Positions 1 through 13,027 of a stretch of 64,000 bases of DNA are shown here, one piece after another (the stretch's first letter is position 1; every line of letters begins with the position of its first letter). Below the pieces are notes generated by a model. The model was not told the DNA's origin. It saw only the letters and a list, made by a program, of their open reading frames with translations, and made no database searches. The translations under genes were made by a program, and so were the position numbers. The stretch comes from the human T2T-CHM13v2.0 reference genome, Homo sapiens. The DNA is taken from NCBI RefSeq assembly GCF_009914755.1, contig NC_060928.1; one strand, given 5' to 3'.

Positions 1-1357
1 TTCTAATCGTTGACCACAACTTGCCACTGCAGTAACTGTCCTTTCTGAAGGCTTTCTGAGGGGTACCTTTTGCTCAACCAGCCAGCTGCTCTGTTACCCT
101 TTGCTTCCCTCCTCTGGCAATATCTAGTCATTGCAGTCGCCTTCTCAAGTTTTATTTGAGTTCTTACACATTAGAGTTCGTTTCTGACAAAGTTTATCCA
201 TTCCTTCAAGAAATATTTATTATCAGTCAATTACTAGACAGACAGATTGTGAGGACAAAGAGTTATACAAATTAATTTTCTTTCTTGGTCATTGCTGATC
301 TTTGAGTGGTAAAAAAAAATCCAATAATGACTTGTTTATCATTAGCATTGCCTTCTTGGACCCTCATTATCTGTATTTCCTTAATTGCCTGGGGTAGTTA
401 TTTAGGACGTATTTTGGATAATATTATATTATAATTATTACTTTTTAATAAATTATCTTATTTATTTATTCTTTCACCTCTCACTCAATATTAATTTATA
501 AAAATCTTATGCATTAGGGCCAAAACATTGGTGATACAATATGAACACAAGAGATCTCTAGCATAAAATTTAGCATGAAGTCTGGCAGAAACCCAGCTAT
601 TAAGATCAGTAATTAAAATAAATTTATCTTGGAAAAAATTCAGAGTAAATTAGAAATATAAAAGAAGGAACATTTGAAGTATATAAAAAGTATTTATTTT
701 CAAATATATACTTTCCGTATAATGAGAACATTATGCCAAAACTTCCACTAGTGTTTGCACATGCTAACATAATCATCTTTTTTTATGCTTTTATGTTTAT
801 GCTTTCTTTTTTGTGGGGGATCTACACATTGCCCAATTCATAGAATTATAGTATATACTTTTGAAAGTAATAAAATTACATGCAATTATTTTATGTTATA
901 TATTTTCTATTAATATATATTTTAATATTATACTGAGTTGAAAATACTGGTAATTTTTTTCAAAAATATTAAATAAATAACAGGATCATAGGCTCTGTTC
1001 TAGATACTGTCAGAGCCACACAGAACATTCAAAACAGCAATGTAGAGATACTCCTTCACTTTTTATAGGAAAGGAAAACCATTTCAGTCAAGTTTAAGGG
1101 ATTTCCTTAAGACTAAATATCTAAAAAGTGGAAGAAATGACCTTTCAGTTGAGTTTCTGCTCTATTTCCTCTTCTTTTTCACTATACTAGGAAATGAAGA
1201 TGATGACAGTATTTATTTATATGTAGCAGAATTATTCCTACATGGATTCTTGAAATTACTCTTACAATTATGCAATATTTTAAAAATGAAACACCTCCCT
1301 TCTTTCATATTTCCACTTTAATTTCATAAGGGTTAAATGTTCAGCCTACCCTTAATC

Positions 1358-1787
1358 TGTGGTGAATTCTGTGATGCACCACCCAAATCCACCTTCAATG
1401 GAGGATTTAGGTCTATTGCTGCAAACATCTTCAGCTTCCTTCCACGAAGTGTCTCTGAAGAGAAATTGCTGTGGGTTGAAGACAGTCACCTCTTCAAAGC
1501 CATGCTCCTTCTCAGGGCAACCTGCATCCAACAACTAATCAATTCTTGACCATTTCAACTCATATTGAAACAATACTGAAGAAAAAGTCTAGTTCCATAA
1601 CTCCCTGGGTGTCTGACAGTTCTGCCATTGAAGCTGCTTGCCGTATGACCTCTCCGTCTGTCCAAGCTGCTTCCTTTCTCTCTTTTCCATGGATATTAAT
1701 TCCAAGGAAGGGTTTCCTTAATTAATAACCAGCATGCTAAGCTCCATCTCAAATGAGCTGGCTTTCAGTGGTAGCAAACCTACCACT
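1358..1787 (+). mobile_element. ERVL LTR (LTR16-like), 5' LTR of decayed provirus
   Basis: Starts TGTGGTGAATTCTGTGATGCACC and ends near CTAAGCTCCATCTCAAATGAGCTGGCTTTC. Resembles the LTR at 6358-6770 and is followed by an ERVL-type internal start. Confidence 0.65.
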
Positions 1788-3749
1788 GTTAGTTAGTAGC
1801 AGATGAGGGCCAAGAAAGTAGAAACTAAGACAAAAAATTAAAGCAGAAGCATTCATCCCCCAGCTAGCAATTAGGACCTAATCCCCGGTGGTGGTCCTAT
1901 TTATTTTTTTATTTTTTTACCAGTAGTGAATTGGGATGCTTTATCTACGGAAAAGATTATATTAGCTTATGTGTTATATTAGGTGTTTGATAATTCTGGG
2001 GAACATAGTAACTACAAAAATATGAAATTCAGTTGCTATCACTAACTCAATTGATATTCTAGAGCATTGTAACTAGAAGTTGAGAGAGGAAGAATAATTA
2101 AAAATTTGAAAGATAAGTGCAAACAACAGAAGGTCTCCTTTGCGACATACAGAAACGTGTCACCTCTTTGTGGGAGGGCAGAGGAAACATGAAAACCAGA
2201 TTAATGACTTAATTGGCAGAGTATCAAAGCTGGTTGGTGATGCCAAAGCCAGAACCAGATTTGGGGAAGAATTTAATTGTGACACATAGTTGGGATGTCT
2301 GAGTTGGTGTGCCATAAAACCTTGAATCCTCAGATTTCCCTAAACTTCCCTAGACTAGACTACAAAAGTAGCCAAATTTTCCTTACATACTAATCTTCTC
2401 TCATTTGTTTTATGTAGAGACTTTGCTTCTCCATGACCACGTATTTCAACACTCAATATGTCCTAGCTCCCTCTCTGCTACTGTGTCCACAACCAAGCTT
2501 AAATCATAAACTAAATAAGCTGAGGATGTTCTGAATCTGATATGAGAAGAAAGTAAGTATACCCAAAGTTACCGCAATTCATAGCCTGTAGGTATAGGCA
2601 AGAGCTGGGGGTGAACATGTGGAGTTGAATTCTGAAGGTGCTAGCTAATAGGAACATAAACTTGGATGAGGAAGTCTATAGTGATTGTGAGCACTCTCTT
2701 AGAATACTGGATTTAACATCCTGGCAATTACCCCAGGAGATGGTATAAACATGCTAGTAGAATGCCTCCTAAGATGATGGCAATGGCTCCACGAGTGAGG
2801 TGTATGTGCCAAAATTGCCAGCTCTACAATAGAATAAGTGATTAAATGGCTCAAAGAAGTGAGCATGCTAATATTTATATATTTATATATTTGGCTGGAA
2901 GTCTCACCAGATATTTATGCCTTATAAAAATATTCGGAGCATACATTATTTAACAAGGACATAAGAAATGTTCAGATGAATGCATCACTCACATTACCAG
3001 AAAGGTCAGTGGTGACTCTCCATATTGCCATGGGATTGATTGTTGAAGAGATCATTGCAGAAGTATGTTCTCTTTTAGCAGGACAGGTGATAGTGCGCCA
3101 CAAAATAGAGTGCAGGTGGCAGTGCTAAATCGGAAGCAAAATGGATGCAAAATACTGTTAACATAAAAGGAAGGAGACTGATTAAGACAGCTGTGAAAAT
3201 GGTTTAAAGAACATAGCATCCTAGGAGCAAATTAAGTGGGCAGGAAAATAGGGCAATACTTAATTTACACTATCAAAAGAAATCACAGGTATATGATTAG
3301 GAGGCTGAAGAATGCTGCAATATCATAATAAGTGTGCATGATTTGCTCAGTTCTTCTCTAAAGGACATATAGGTATTTATTTGGTTAATTGTGTAGTGAA
3401 GAAATGGAAATGCCCAAATACTTCAAGAGCAGTTGGATACAGGGTCCAAGTTCACATTGATATCAGAGGACCAAAGCATTATTATACATCATCTGCTGTA
3501 ATTGGGAAATGTTCAGTCAAATGATAAATGGAGTCCTGGCCAAGCAGATCACAGGAGGACCAATAGAGCAATGGACCTATCGGTCATGGATTATTAATGG
3601 TTATTTTTCTGGTCTCTAAATAAATAATAGGTAGAGATGTACTTGGTAGCTGGCAAGACCATGATATTATAATCTTGTTTAGTGGGGTAAGATATAATAG
3701 AAAAAAATAAGTGAAAGCCCCTAAGATTAAATTTCCTCCAGGGTCCAAA

Positions 3750-4023
3750 AGCTAGGGTGAGGTGTTTCTCAGAGTCTCACAGATACAGTGCATGAGATTC
3801 ATCTGCCTTGGACAGCTGTTCTGAGCTTTGAGGGACTGGCTCACCATGAATCTTAGACTTTATTATTGCTTGGTGCCAGTCTGTGAGAAATAAAGTTGCT
3901 TCTACGAACTTGTAGTATAAGTGTTCTGTCTCACTGGACTTGTGCAAGTAATAGAAATAGCAACTCAAGATGCCATGGACCCAAATGGTAATCAGTGCAC
4001 AGTGAACCTCTTTGCATATAACA
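3750..4023 (+). mobile_element. ERVL LTR fragment (MER73/MER74-like) nested in the provirus
   Basis: AATAAAGTTGCT...GTGTTCTGTCTCACTGGACT...TGGTAATCAGTGCACAGTGAACC matches my recollection of the MER74-group 3' end. Confidence 0.5.
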
Positions 4024-4176
4024 GATGACATGAAATGCTACCTGTTTTGAGTGCAGCCAAGAACACAAAAGGGCTCTGAGTCATATTAAGACAGTGGTTA
4101 CAGAAATTTTGTCCCTTAGGCCTCATGACTCAGCAGACCATTTAGTATTAGAGGTATCAGTGGTTGAAAGGGATGC

Positions 4177-4586
4177 TGTCTTAGCGAGTTTGGGCTGCAA
4201 TAAGAAAAATATCATAGGCTAGATGACATAAACAACAAACATAATTTCTCACAGTTCTTGAGGCTGGGAAGTCCAAGAAATGTTGCCAGTATATCTGATA
4301 TCTCAAGCATGCCTACTTCCTGGATTGCAGACAGCCATGTTCTTACTGCATGACAGAGAGCATAGAAAGGGAGAAGCAAACTCACTTTTGTATTCTTTTG
4401 AAGATACTAATCCCATAATCAGGCTTCACTTTCACGACCTAATTAATTTCCAATGGCTTCATCTCCAAATACGCTTGCATTGAGAATTAGGGTTTTAACA
4501 TTTGATTTTTTAATTTTAATTTTTAATTTCCAGGGTACATGTGCAGGATGTACATTTGATTTTGACACAACATTCAGTCCATAGCA
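4177..4586 (-). mobile_element. MaLR solo LTR (MLT1A-like)
   Basis: TGTCTTAG...TTTGGGCTGCAATAAG...TTTCTCACAGTTCTTGAGGCTGGGAAGTCCAAG...ACATTCAGTCCATAGCA, with TG...CA ends. Confidence 0.8.
4510..4551 (-). mobile_element. Extremely 5'-truncated L1PA 3' terminus with 12-bp TSD
   Basis: T-rich tail followed by CCAGGGTACATGTGCAGGATGT (antisense L1PA end). Flanked by ACATTTGATTTT at 4498-4509 and 4552-4563. Confidence 0.75.
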
Positions 4587-6357
4587 GATAATTTTTATAA
4601 ATTCTGATAATGGTAGAATTATAACATAGATGCTTAGCATTCCAGAATAAGGTTATGCCATCAGCAGGAAATTCTATACCTCAAAACTAATTTCTGGCGT
4701 TTTTTTGGGCCATGGTAGACATGGAGCACCTAATTATCACCACTAACTGACCATATGGCTACAACTGCCCATCATGAACTGAGTTATGTCAGATCCATCA
4801 GTCATAAAGAGAGGTGACTAAAACAACAATCCATCATTAAAAAGAAGTGATGCATTCTGGATCAAGCACATGCAGAATCAGGGACCACAAACAAGTTATA
4901 CAGGCAGACTCCCAAGTTGACCACCATTATTTCATTTGCCCCCCCTCTCCCTCAGCTTACACTTACTTTATAACAATATGCAGGAACCTATGTGGCCAGC
5001 TGATGGAGGATAAAAAGTCCACACTTTGCCTATAGGTGGGTAGAATATCTGTGTGTGCATATAAGTTAAAAAGTGAATGGAAATTCTCTACATATTTACT
5101 CAGTAGTAACCTTGAGAGGCACTGGCAACAGAAAATTTCCTTTGTGTGCAGAGCACCTAGTCATCCACTTTGTGTAAAAAGAGACATAGCTCAAGGTTAT
5201 AATTTATACTTACTTGTAGATATTGGAAAATGGCTTAGTTCCTTGGTTAGGAGACAAGAAGTTAAAAAAGAAGGAAGAGCAGATAATTCACAGGAAACTC
5301 CTGTTTAGTGAATTAATGTATGAGAGTGGGAGCAATGAGAAGATTTTTATATCACATTATTGAAGTCCACCAGTGAGCCTCTATCATGGAAAACGTATTC
5401 AACAAACCAAGTAGATAAAGTGACTCAACCAGTTGACATCGGCCAGATTCTCATTGACTATCCCACTGCCTAGCCAAAGTAGAGGCTCAGAATGGATCCT
5501 GAAACATTGGTTCTGACTTATCAAAGTTCATGTAACTCCTTCTGCTATCAAAAGGCCAACCTGCCAGCAACAAAACCATTGTTCTGTCCTTGTTATGGGA
5601 TTGTTATTTGATCACATTAAATTGCTACTTAGGGAAATTTAGAATGTGGACATCCAACATGGTTCTGGAAACCAAACAGTTGAAGCAGGAGTGGACCTCA
5701 TTACCTTTATTCTCAAAAAGCCACACAGGAAATAGAATTCTAGGCTTGACATGTTTAGAGGTCTTAGTTTCCTAAAGGGGAATACTTCCACCAGGTCCAG
5801 AGGACCCGGGAAAAATTCCTTTGAATTATATGGTAAGAGTGACACTTTTCACTATGGGATACTTGTGTCAAATGATCACCAGGGAAGAAAAGTTAAGATA
5901 ATTGACATCTTGGAAGAGATAAATTGCCATGATCATCAGTAGGTGTTAGGGCTGCTGTCATGCATGGGTTCAAGAAAGAATATTTATTAAGCAGAGGTGA
6001 TTCATTTCGGTACCTATGGTCATACTCCTGCTGTATTTTGACACTAAATGGACAGGTGCAGCCATTCTGGCCTGAGTAAGGTATGGTGACCATGGGCTCA
6101 GATGCTAGGAGTTAAAATCTAGGTCACACTACATGGTAAGCCATTGAGACCAATGAAGCTAACAGTTGAGGAGAAGGAAGAATTTAAATGGATAATAGAG
6201 AAGAGAAGTGATGACTGTTAGTTGTAGCCAGCTACAGAAGAAGTTCCTGGATTTTAATCCATTAATTTTCTTCTCATAAGATTCCTCCAAGCAGAGAATC
6301 CACTAGAAATACAGAGAAGATTCAGAGTGTACATGAAGTGGATTTAAGAGCTGCAAA

Positions 6358-6770
6358 TGATGGCATCTGTGATGTGCCTCCATTTAACCTTTAGCTGTCA
6401 TTCCCAGGAATTGCCTCAGCTGCAGAGGTGCCTTGCCCAAAATCATACTCATTCCCTGGGACAACTCACTTCCATTAACCGATATATGTATGAGTCTAAA
6501 CACCAGGCCATCTCAAGCTAATCTTAAGGTCAACTCTGAAAGGGCGTTACTTCATGGCTAATAATGAGTTTTTCCAAGGCTGTGGATCATAATGGATTTG
6601 TCCATGTTATGGGCCTGCATGACAACTCAACACTTCCTTGGCCCAAACCTACTTCCTACTGCCTCCAGCTCCACTCAATAGTGGTTGATCTCAAGGGAAG
6701 TCCTAAATATTTATTCTGCAAACTAAACTCCGTCTCAGAATCTGCATCCCAGAAAACATAACCTGCTACA
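6358..6770 (+). mobile_element. ERVL LTR (LTR16-like), 3' LTR
   Basis: Ends CTAAACTCCGTCTCAGAATCTGCATCCCAGAAAACATAACCTGCTACA, a typical LTR16 3' end. Starts TGATGGCATCTGTGATGTGCC. Confidence 0.75.
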
Positions 6771-7474
6771 TGAACACTCTTTGACTAAATTTCAGTTTCA
6801 CTTCTTTCTTCTTCATGTTTTGGATATTTCCATATTTAGTCAGACCAAGCTGAGATAAAACAATTTTACTTGTTGATGTTTTCAAGTACCTAATTAACTT
6901 TTTCTCAATGTCTGACATGTTTAGTCATGACCACTGTATACATTCTCTAGGTTTCATTATTTTCAGCAATTAAAGTCCTATGGTTCTAGTTAATTTTTTA
7001 AGAACTTCTGTAACATGATTTTTTTCACATATAAATATGTGTATGTGTTTATGTTGGGATGTAAAAAACAGAGCCAGAATAAGAAATTATAAAATGATTT
7101 TACTTAGGATAAATGAATTTATTTAGGTAAAAAATTATATTTAGGATAAGAATTTCATATATACTATTATCTACATGATTTCTAAATTTTTGTCTTTGAT
7201 TCCATGGTTTAATGATTATGATGATACAACTCTAATTGACAGTGACACATTTCAAATTGACTCATAGATACCTATTGACATAGAAATGACTCCCTAAGAC
7301 AGTACTTTTCTAAAAAGTCAGATTTTTATATAATTCTTATTAATTCAAATGATTTATATTCATTAATGCACACTATTCTAATAGCAATTTCGTGAAGTTT
7401 CAGAAATACACCAAGTCTGTAATGATAATTATACTTTTGCTAATATCTGTTAAATTTTTTTCTCCTTCCATGTA

Positions 7475-7541
7475 AGTGTCTGGTGTGTGCATGTCTGTGT
7501 GTGTGTGTCTGGTGTATGTGTGTGTCTGGTGTGTGTGTGTA
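7475..7541. repeat. Interrupted (TG)n microsatellite
   Basis: TG runs interrupted by recurring GTCTG units. Confidence 0.85.
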
Positions 7542-7828
7542 TATCACAGGGGTAAGGTTTCAGATTTTATATGAATATAGATAAGTAAAATAAATTAAAC
7601 TTTTGTACTTATTTTGAATTTTTTATAAATAGAGAAAAATTGAAAGAATTATAAAATAATTGCCTTACACCCAATGACTAAATCTACTTGTTAAAATATT
7701 TTATTAACATTTTGCTACTGTTGGCATAGTAAGTCCTCAGTTTGCATAGGAAGTCCTCGTTTTGCACAGTCACATGGTGACTAGAATTATATTGCAATTA
7801 TCACTAAATCTTGAAAATCATGGACTTT

Positions 7829-8339
<511 letters not shown>

Positions 8340-8550
8340 TCAATGAACATGGTTCTGTGCAAAATAAACATTGCTTTTGTGTGTGAATTTATATGCACCA
8401 ACAGATATTAAATTGCAGACATCATGACTTTTAACTCCTAAATGCTTAATTTCACACCTTTTAAGAAGTACTATATCTGTAAAATACCTACAATATAATC
8501 ATAGCTTCTAAAATATTATTCCTAAAATATAACAAAAATTTTATCCAATA

Positions 8551-8732
8551 TTGAGTTTATATTTTGAGTTATATATAAACTCAAATTTATTATATTATAT
8601 TTATTATATATAATATATATATTATATATTATATTTATTATATATATTATGTATATAATATATCTAATATATATTATAAATATATAATATATATATTATA
8701 TATATAAACTCAAAGTTATTATATTGAGTTAT
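8551..8732. repeat. TA-rich low-complexity tract with inverted TTGAGTT/AACTCAA motifs
   Basis: Imperfect (TA)n flanked by TATATAAACTCAAA copies and their reverse complements. Confidence 0.8.
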
Positions 8733-9962
8733 AATTTCCCCATTAATTGTTCTTCTTCTTAGCTAGGATCCAATTAAATGTCACAAATTGTATTTTACTG
8801 TAATTCTACTATTGACTCTTTAAATATACATTTTATTTATTTAATGATTTTACATAACCTTTTTTTGAAGAATCCAGGCCAATAATCATCAATTATCTGA
8901 CCCCTGAGTTGTTTCTCTCAAATGATTTTTGCCCTTTAAAATAGTTTTAGTGTTAGAAATACATACACATGCAAACTTTTCCCACTTCTATTATCATTAC
9001 AAAAGAAACATTGCATTCAAGTCAGTTCATTCATTGAAGCCATTCATAGTTCTCCCTCCCACTTGCTTTGACACATATGGCACATTTCCTGACATCAACA
9101 TTCTATTTCTGTGCGCTACATATAAAACCCCTATACTGAATAGAAATTGAAATGGATTTTTCTGCTGCTCCCCTAGCAAATAGGAAGACAAGCATTACTG
9201 AGCTTTTTTGTTCCAAAGGGTAGAGATCATCATAGGCATTTTTTTCTTCCATTATAAATGTTGCTCTCGTTCCTTTTATTATGTTGTCTGAAAGAAGAAG
9301 AAAGAAAATAGGACAGTATTAGCAACTCTGTCAGTCACAAAAATAGTATACTAAGGCCTGGTATATTATATTTAAGAAGTTTTTTCTTTTTTAATATCTC
9401 TAATGTGTTTTATTTCTTGATACTTCTGATGCAGCTTCCCACACAAACTGGGATATGTAGGACAGGTGGGTGAAATGGTAATTTTTGTAACCTCCCTCAT
9501 CGGTACACCTTGGTGCACATGTTACTGGTCACATATGTGATTTCTAGCGTATATTTAGTGACTATATATGCCACATAAAAATATATGGAATAAAGGATAT
9601 GTGGAGGTTTTTTCCTCACATGAATAAGTGTCATGTAACCAGAGATGGGCAATTAATATGCAGATAACTTTGTGCATATATTTGTTACCGTCAACATACA
9701 CTTGTTTTTTTCTCTATTTTCTTGTTTTTATTGAGACAAAATATTTTACATGTTTATGGGGTACATGTGAGTATTTGCTACATGCATAGAATGCATAATG
9801 ATCAATTCAGGGAATTTAGGGTATTCACAGCCTTGAGTATTCCTCCTTTCTATGTGTTCCTAACATTTCAAATCCTATCATCTAGCTACTTGGAAATATA
9901 CAGCATATTGTTGCTAACTATAGTCACCCTACTCTGCTGTCGAATATTGGAGCTTCTTTCTT

Positions 9963-10107
9963 TCTTTTTTTTTTTTTTTTTTGTATTTTTAGTAGAAACA
10001 GGGTTTCACCGTGTTAGCCAGGATGGTCTTAATCTCCTAACTTCGTGATCCGCCTGCCTCAGCCTCCCAAAGTGCTGAGATTATAGGCATGAGCACCGCG
10101 CCTAGCC
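9963..10107 (-). mobile_element. Alu left monomer only (AluY/Sc-type) with TSD
   Basis: Poly-T followed by the antisense left arm (TTTCACCGTGTTAGCCAGGATGGTC). TSD TGGAGCTT(C/A)TTTCTT at 9948-9962 and 10108-10122. Confidence 0.88.
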
Positions 10108-12592
10108 TGGAGCTTATTTCTTCAACCTAACATACTAGTGGGTATCTTTGCACCCACTAGTCAACCTCTCCTCATTCCTTGCTCCCACCTACACACCCTT
10201 CTCAGCCTCTGATATAATGAAATTTTCTATCTCCATAAAATAAGTTTTTAAAGCTCCCACATATGAGTGAAAATACGTGATATCTGTTTTATCTGTCTCC
10301 TGTTCCATCAATGTTGTTGCAAATGACAAGCCTATGTTCTTTTTCGTGGCCAAATAGTGTTCAATTGTGTGTATATATTGCATGTCTTGTTTATCCATTC
10401 ATCAATTGATGGACACAAGTTGTTTTCATATCTTTGCTAATGTAAGTAGTGCTGGAATGAACATGAGAGTGCAGGTATCTCTTTGATATACAGATTTATT
10501 TGCCTTTGGATATAAATACTCTGTAGTGGTATTGCTAGATCATATGGTTGTTCTATTTTTTTTTTTTTTTTTAGAAATACCATACTGTTTTCTATAGTGG
10601 TTGAACTAATTTTTATTGCCACCAACCATGTGTAAGAGCTCCCTTTTCTCCATATCCTCACCAGCATCTGTTATATTTTGTCTCTTTAATAATAGCAATT
10701 CTAACTGGGTAAGAAGATAACTCGTTGTGATTTTGATTTCGTTTCCCTGATGATTAGTGATGTTGTTTTTTTTTTTTTTTTCATATACCTGCAGGCCATT
10801 TGTATGTCTTCCTTTGAGAAATGTCTATTAATGTCCATAGTCCAATTTTAATGAGTTTTTTTTATTGTCAATTTGTTTGAGTTCCATGTGTATTCTGGAT
10901 GTTAGTCTGTTGTCAGATGAATAGTTTGCAAATAATTTCTTCCCTTCATCAGGTTGTCTCTTCATTCTGTTGATTGTATCTTTTGCTGTGCAGAAGCTTT
11001 TTAGTTTAATATAGTCCTATTTGCCCATTTTTATTATACTTGTCTGTGCTACTGAAGTCTTAGCTATGAAATCTTTGTTAGACAGATGTCTTGAAGTGTT
11101 TTTCCTATGCTTTATTCTAGTAGTTTTATAGGTTCGGGACTTACATTTACGTTTTTAATTAATCTTAAGTTAGTTTTTATATATGGAGAGAGACAGGGGT
11201 CCAGTTTCATTCTTTCACATGTGAATATCCAGTTTTCTCAGCACCATTTAGTGAAGAGGTGTCCCTCCCCCAGCATAGGTTTTTGGCACATTTATCAAAA
11301 ATCAGTTGCCTATAAATATGTGGATATAGTTCAGGACTCAGTATTCTGTTCCACTGTTCTATGTGTCTGTTTTTTATACCAGTATCATGTTGTTTTGGTT
11401 ACTATAGTCTTGTAATATATTTTGAAGTAGGTAGTATAATGCCTCCATCGTGGTTCTCTTTGTAGAGGATGCTGTTGGCTATTCAGGCTCTTCTTCAGTT
11501 CCATAAGAGTTTTAGAATTTCTTTTTCGAATTCTGTGAAAAATGACATTGGTATTTTGGTAAGTATTGCATTCAATCTATAGATTACTTTGGGCAGTATG
11601 ATCATTTTAGCAATAACAATTTTTTCAATCCATTAGCTTGGGTTGCCTTTTCTAGGTTGGTGTCCTCTTCAATTTCTTTCATCAGTGTTTTGTCGTTTTC
11701 CCCATAGAGGGATTTTCCCTCCTTGGTTAAATTTGTTTCTACGTTTTAAATTTTTATCACTATTGTAAATGGTATTACTTTCTTGATTTCTTTCTCAGGT
11801 ATTTCTTTATTGGTGTATAGAACACTACCGATTTTTGTGTGTTGATTTTGTATCCTGAAACTTTACTGTACTCATTTATCAAATCCAGAAGTTTATTGGT
11901 GGAGTCCTTAGGTTTCTCTAGTTAAAAGAACATATCGTTTGCAAAGAGGAAAAATTCGACTTCCTCTTTTTCAATTTGGATATCTTTTATTTCTTTCACT
12001 TGCCTGATTATACCGGCTAGGATTTCTAGTGCTATACTGAATAGATGCGGTGAAAACAGACATCCTTGCCTTGTTCCAGATCTTAAAGAAAAAGTTGTAA
12101 TCTTTTCCCAATTCAGTATGATGTTAGCTGTGGGTTGGTCAGATATGGCCTTTATTATTTTGAGGTATGTTCCTTGTATTCCTGGTTTGCTGAAATTTTT
12201 TATTACAAAGTGATGTTGAATTTCATCAAATGCATTTTATGCACCTATTGGGGTAATTATATGGTTTCTGTCCTTCATTCTGTTGATGTAACGTATTATG
12301 CTTATTGATTTGCATATATTGGGCCATCCTGCATCCCTACTATAAATCCCACTTTATTCTAGGGTATTGTCTTTTTGATGTGCTGTTGAATGTGGCTTGC
12401 TATACTTTGTTGAGGATTTTTGCATTTATGGTCATCATGGATATTGGAGTGTAGTTTTCTTTTCTTTTTTTTTTTTTTTTTTGTTATGTTCTTGTCTGAT
12501 TTTGGTATCAGGGTAATGCTGGCATCATAGAAAGAGTTAGGGAGAATTCTTCCATCTTAAGGCAATGTTTTCAAGTTGTTTAAGAAGGTTTT

Positions 12593-13027
<435 letters not shown>

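Larger units (their letters stand above)
1788..6357 (+). mobile_element. HERV16/ERV3-16-like ERVL internal region, heavily decayed gag-pro-pol remnants
   Basis: Internal start GTTAG...CCAAGAAAGTAGAAACTAAGA...CTAGCAATTAGGACC resembles the ERV3-16 leader. Retroviral aspartyl-protease motif LDTGSKFTLI is encoded at 3433-3462. No long ORFs remain. Confidence 0.7.
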
